Source of the DNA: Bdellovibrionota bacterium FG-1
GTDB taxonomy: Bacteria; Bdellovibrionota; UBA1018
Assembly: GCA_051382295.1 (NCBI GenBank)
Contig: JBBCAW010000120.1
Location: forward strand, 1 to 17,364
DNA: 17,364 nucleotides
Reading direction: 5' to 3'
Positions within the stretch are counted from its first letter, which is position 1; the number at the start of each line of letters is the position of its first letter. The notes beneath the pieces are model-generated. The model was not told where the DNA came from. It was given only the letters and a program-made list of their open reading frames with translations, and did not search any database. A program made the position numbers and the translations under genes. Shown piece by piece: positions 14,765 through 17,364 of this stretch.

Positions 14765-15493
14765 TCATAGGTCAAGTAGCTCATCGACCAATCTGGGTAC
14801 GCATTCACTGGCCGCGCCAATCCGATGTTCGTCAAACCTCTTGCTGACCACTGAGGCCTCCAAGTTTATTTCAATCTTCCTTGCCCGACGGGCTTGGCCC
14901 ACAAAACCTGCCGCAGGATAGACATGCCCCGACGTACCAATGGAGGCAAAGAGGTCACAGGTGGCAAGTGCGGCATCAATGCTGTCCATTTCAAGCGGCA
15001 TCTCACCAAACCAGACGATATGGGGTCGCAAGGTACCTGTTTGATTGCAGCAGGGGCAGAGGCTGGCGGCCTCGATGGGGCCAGTCCATTTACTCACACG
15101 GCGAGTCTTGAGGCACCGGACCTTTTGAAGTTCACCGTGCATATGGAGTAGCATCCGTGATCCAGCCCGGTCATGCAAATCATCAACATTTTGAGTAACC
15201 AGAAGGAAGTCGCCCTTCCAAGCCTTTTCCAATTTTACCAATGCCTGATGCGCCAGATTAGGTTGAACAGATGGATCCAGAAGCTGTGCCCGGCGCTGGT
15301 TGTAGAATCGCTGAACGACTTCGGGGTTTCTTTGAAAACCCGCCAGCGAGGCCACTTCCTCAATTGAGTGATTTTCCCAAAGGCCGTTATGGTCGCGGAA
15401 GGTCTTGATGCCAGATTCAGCAGAGACTCCAGCACCGGTCAGGATCACGATGGATCGATATTTAGAATTGGAATGTTTCAATTGGGCTTTCAT
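14765..15493 (-). CDS. cobB: Sir2-family NAD-dependent protein deacylase, class III (copy 2)
   Basis: LTGAGVSAESGIKTFR, FYNQRR, TQNVDDLHDRAG, HMHGEL, LRPHIVWFGEMP, GTSGHVYPAAGF. Confidence 0.93.
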   Translation of the reverse strand: MKAQLKHSNSKYRSIVILTGAGVSAESGIKTFRDHNGLWENHSIEEVASLAGFQRNPEVVQRFYNQRRAQLLDPSVQPNLAHQALVKLEKAWKGDFLLVTQNVDDLHDRAGSRMLLHMHGELQKVRCLKTRRVSKWTGPIEAASLCPCCNQTGTLRPHIVWFGEMPLEMDSIDAALATCDLFASIGTSGHVYPAAGFVGQARRARKIEINLEASVVSKRFDEHRIGAASECVPRLVDELLDL

Positions 15494-15746
15494 AACTCAA
15501 TATTGGATGAAATAAACATATTTTCACCGTGACTTCAGCCTACATTCCGCAGCTTGAGCGGGCAAGTTTTCGTCTGAAATTAGACCTGATTTCGATGAGA
15601 TAGCGATTCATGTGTCGTTGCAAGGTGCCTCCGCCAACGCCTCCTGCAGGATTTCATCGAGCTTTTTCTGAAGCGAGCGGTATTTTTTGATTCGCTTCTC
15701 ACATTCCAGGGAGGAATCAATCAATGGCAAAGAAGGCTAGGTAGGC

Positions 15747-16298
15747 TTAAAGCTCGATTTGAGTTGAGTATTTTTCCTTCCACCGCTCTAAATCACCGTT
15801 CTTAAAGCTAGTCCCGAGTTCAGTTGCTTCGTTTTTTACGCGGTCAGCCTTCTTCATTGTGTAGGGGCACAGTGTCTTTTCCTTGTCGCGCTCATAAAGG
15901 ATCTGCTCCTTCGACAGCTTAAAAACAGTGGTATTCGGCTGCACTCGAAAGTTGTAGAGGTCCACCAAAACGAAATAATACTCCTGCACGTCATGCCATG
16001 GCCGAATTCCACGGAAAGTCACACCCGATCCAGGCAACGGGGTAATGATTGAACTTTTAATTTCAATCACGGTCCCATCACCCCTTCTTCCATCACCGTG
16101 GGAGGCATGACCGCGGACCTTATCCCAATGATTCCGACTCAAGATCCTCTTCTCTATTTTTGTTCCACGGCTCCTGATGTTCATGAAGCTAGCTACGCGA
16201 ATAAAGTCGTCCCATTCAAGAGCATCCAGGACCTGATCGGATGAGTAGTGAAGTTGAATCTCCCAGAATTCCCGATAAAACTCCAAAATCGACCTCAT
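15747..16298 (-). CDS. Hypothetical restriction-endonuclease-like PD-(D/E)XK protein
   Basis: GTKIE...GDG...IEIKSS...FRGIRPWHD. ATG 16298 overlaps the upstream TGA (ATGA). Confidence 0.6.
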   Translation of the reverse strand: MRSILEFYREFWEIQLHYSSDQVLDALEWDDFIRVASFMNIRSRGTKIEKRILSRNHWDKVRGHASHGDGRRGDGTVIEIKSSIITPLPGSGVTFRGIRPWHDVQEYYFVLVDLYNFRVQPNTTVFKLSKEQILYERDKEKTLCPYTMKKADRVKNEATELGTSFKNGDLERWKEKYSTQIEL

Positions 16299-17182
16299 TG
16301 GTTCCCCTTTTGAGGCTTGCCGGCGTATTGTTCCTTCTGAGCTGCCTTGGCCGTCTCTATGAGCCTGGCTGCCACCGCTTTGAGCCCCGGAAGGTCGGCC
16401 AGATAAACCCATCCCGGATTGCCCTCGCGCACCTTCTGTTTTGCGGCTTCGAAAGCATTCCCTTTCGCTCCGAGATATCCGATGGCATCAGGAAGTAGGA
16501 GCAGATCGCGAAATGTAACTCCCTCGTCGCTCGCCATAATGAAGCGAAAACGAGTGTCACAGATCACGGCTGACGGCGATCCGTCGGAGAGGCGATTTAA
16601 AGTTTCTGGCCCCCAAACTTCAAAGGTGTTTGGATCGATACCGCGTTGCCGTGGATCAGCCCCAAATTGCGCTGATCGATCTATAATGGCATCCGCGTCG
16701 ACTGACCCGAGACCCCAGTCGATTGCCATCTTTTTTAGGAAGCCCATTAGATAGGGCAACTCTCTGCCCTTAACCCGTCCTCCCACTCCATCGCCGGGCT
16801 CTGCGTTGAGCGTAATGCCACCGGTGAGCGTCTTGTTCTGCGCAGTGATCTCCTTTGAGCTAGTAACAAAGAGCCCAGCGCCGTTAATCTCAGTGAGCGC
16901 ATGAAAAACGTAATGCCTTATGGGATCATGTTGGCTGTTTTTCTTATTTCCAAAGAGGGAAGAACCTTTGAACGTAATAGTATTTGATTGGCCTTTGATC
17001 TTCGCGCGCGCGGAATGGGCCCACTTCAGAAGTTCAAAGGCGACGTTGGCTCTGAGAAGAATGCAAGAGAAAGTGACAAATTCTACCCCCGCTTCCGCCT
17101 CTCTGACCTCATCCACCAGCATAACTGGGCGCTCAGGATCAACGTGCCACGCTTCAACAATAAATGATGGATCACGTGCCAA
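16295..17182 (-). CDS. Hypothetical protein, DUF3800-like (RNase H-like fold)
   Basis: LVDE near the N-terminus, central AIIDR and late LLLPDAIGY resemble the DUF3800 acidic pattern. AAGGAG RBS before TTG. Confidence 0.55.
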   Translation of the reverse strand: MARDPSFIVEAWHVDPERPVMLVDEVREAEAGVEFVTFSCILLRANVAFELLKWAHSARAKIKGQSNTITFKGSSLFGNKKNSQHDPIRHYVFHALTEINGAGLFVTSSKEITAQNKTLTGGITLNAEPGDGVGGRVKGRELPYLMGFLKKMAIDWGLGSVDADAIIDRSAQFGADPRQRGIDPNTFEVWGPETLNRLSDGSPSAVICDTRFRFIMASDEGVTFRDLLLLPDAIGYLGAKGNAFEAAKQKVREGNPGWVYLADLPGLKAVAARLIETAKAAQKEQYAGKPQKGNQ

Positions 17183-17276
17183 TTGAGATCTCCTTAAAGT
17201 TTTGGATTTTTCGTCATACTAGCATGTACTATTTAAACTGTCATGGCCCCCAAGCCATCGGGCGCACGATCCACTT

Positions 17277-17353
17277 TGGAGTTGCCCCGTCAAGACCGGA
17301 CCCACTAGCCGGTTAACGGTTAAGACGTTCAAACCACCTTTTTTGATTTCAGT
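17277..17353. mobile_element. Probable IS3-family (IS2-like) terminal inverted repeat at the contig end
   Basis: TGGAGTTGCCCCGTCAAGACCGGACCC has the 5'-TG-N5-GCCCC...CC(A/G)GAC pattern of IS2/IS3-type ends. The sequence then runs out. Confidence 0.45.
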
Positions 17354-17364
17354 GGGGGGGGGGG

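Noticed and set aside
3740..17186. Many short antisense or alternate-frame ORFs in the track (e.g. 3998..4441, 6416..6919, 9440..10000, 16419..16754)
   Set aside because: They overlap well-supported genes and show no motifs; treated as shadow ORFs.
17354..17364. Terminal run of 11 G
   Set aside because: At the very end of the sequence; most likely a two-colour sequencing poly-G artefact rather than a biological tract.

Overview
Mosaic accessory region, probably a contig end. Gene style suggests a Gram-negative delta-proteobacterium or Bdellovibrionota-like organism, which is an inference. Left edge: an IS4-family (DUF4372-type) transposase cut by an IS21-type element. It is followed by a PD-(D/E)XK-RAMA nuclease, an ASCH protein and a CobB sirtuin. 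The main finding is a tightly coupled + strand operon (3747-10114) preceded by a well-matched sigma54 promoter and two palindromic enhancer-like boxes. It encodes a stand-alone YcaO, an unannotated 55-aa precursor-like peptide (signal-like N-terminus, ending G7-TCDF), an orphan family-5 peptide-binding protein, a membrane histidine kinase, a sigma54 NtrC-type activator and a SAM methyltransferase. This layout suggests an autoinducing signalling (quorum-sensing-like) circuit using a YcaO-modified peptide. The right half holds a three-gene small protein/RNase J-like MBL/PD-(D/E)XK operon (defence candidate), an orphan FliG-C gene plus an unusual FliM(middle)-FliG(middle) fusion, a second CobB paralogue, a DUF3800-like/PD-(D/E)XK pair, and a probable IS3-family end running into a poly-G tail. 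All family calls come from motif recognition by eye; no searches were run.
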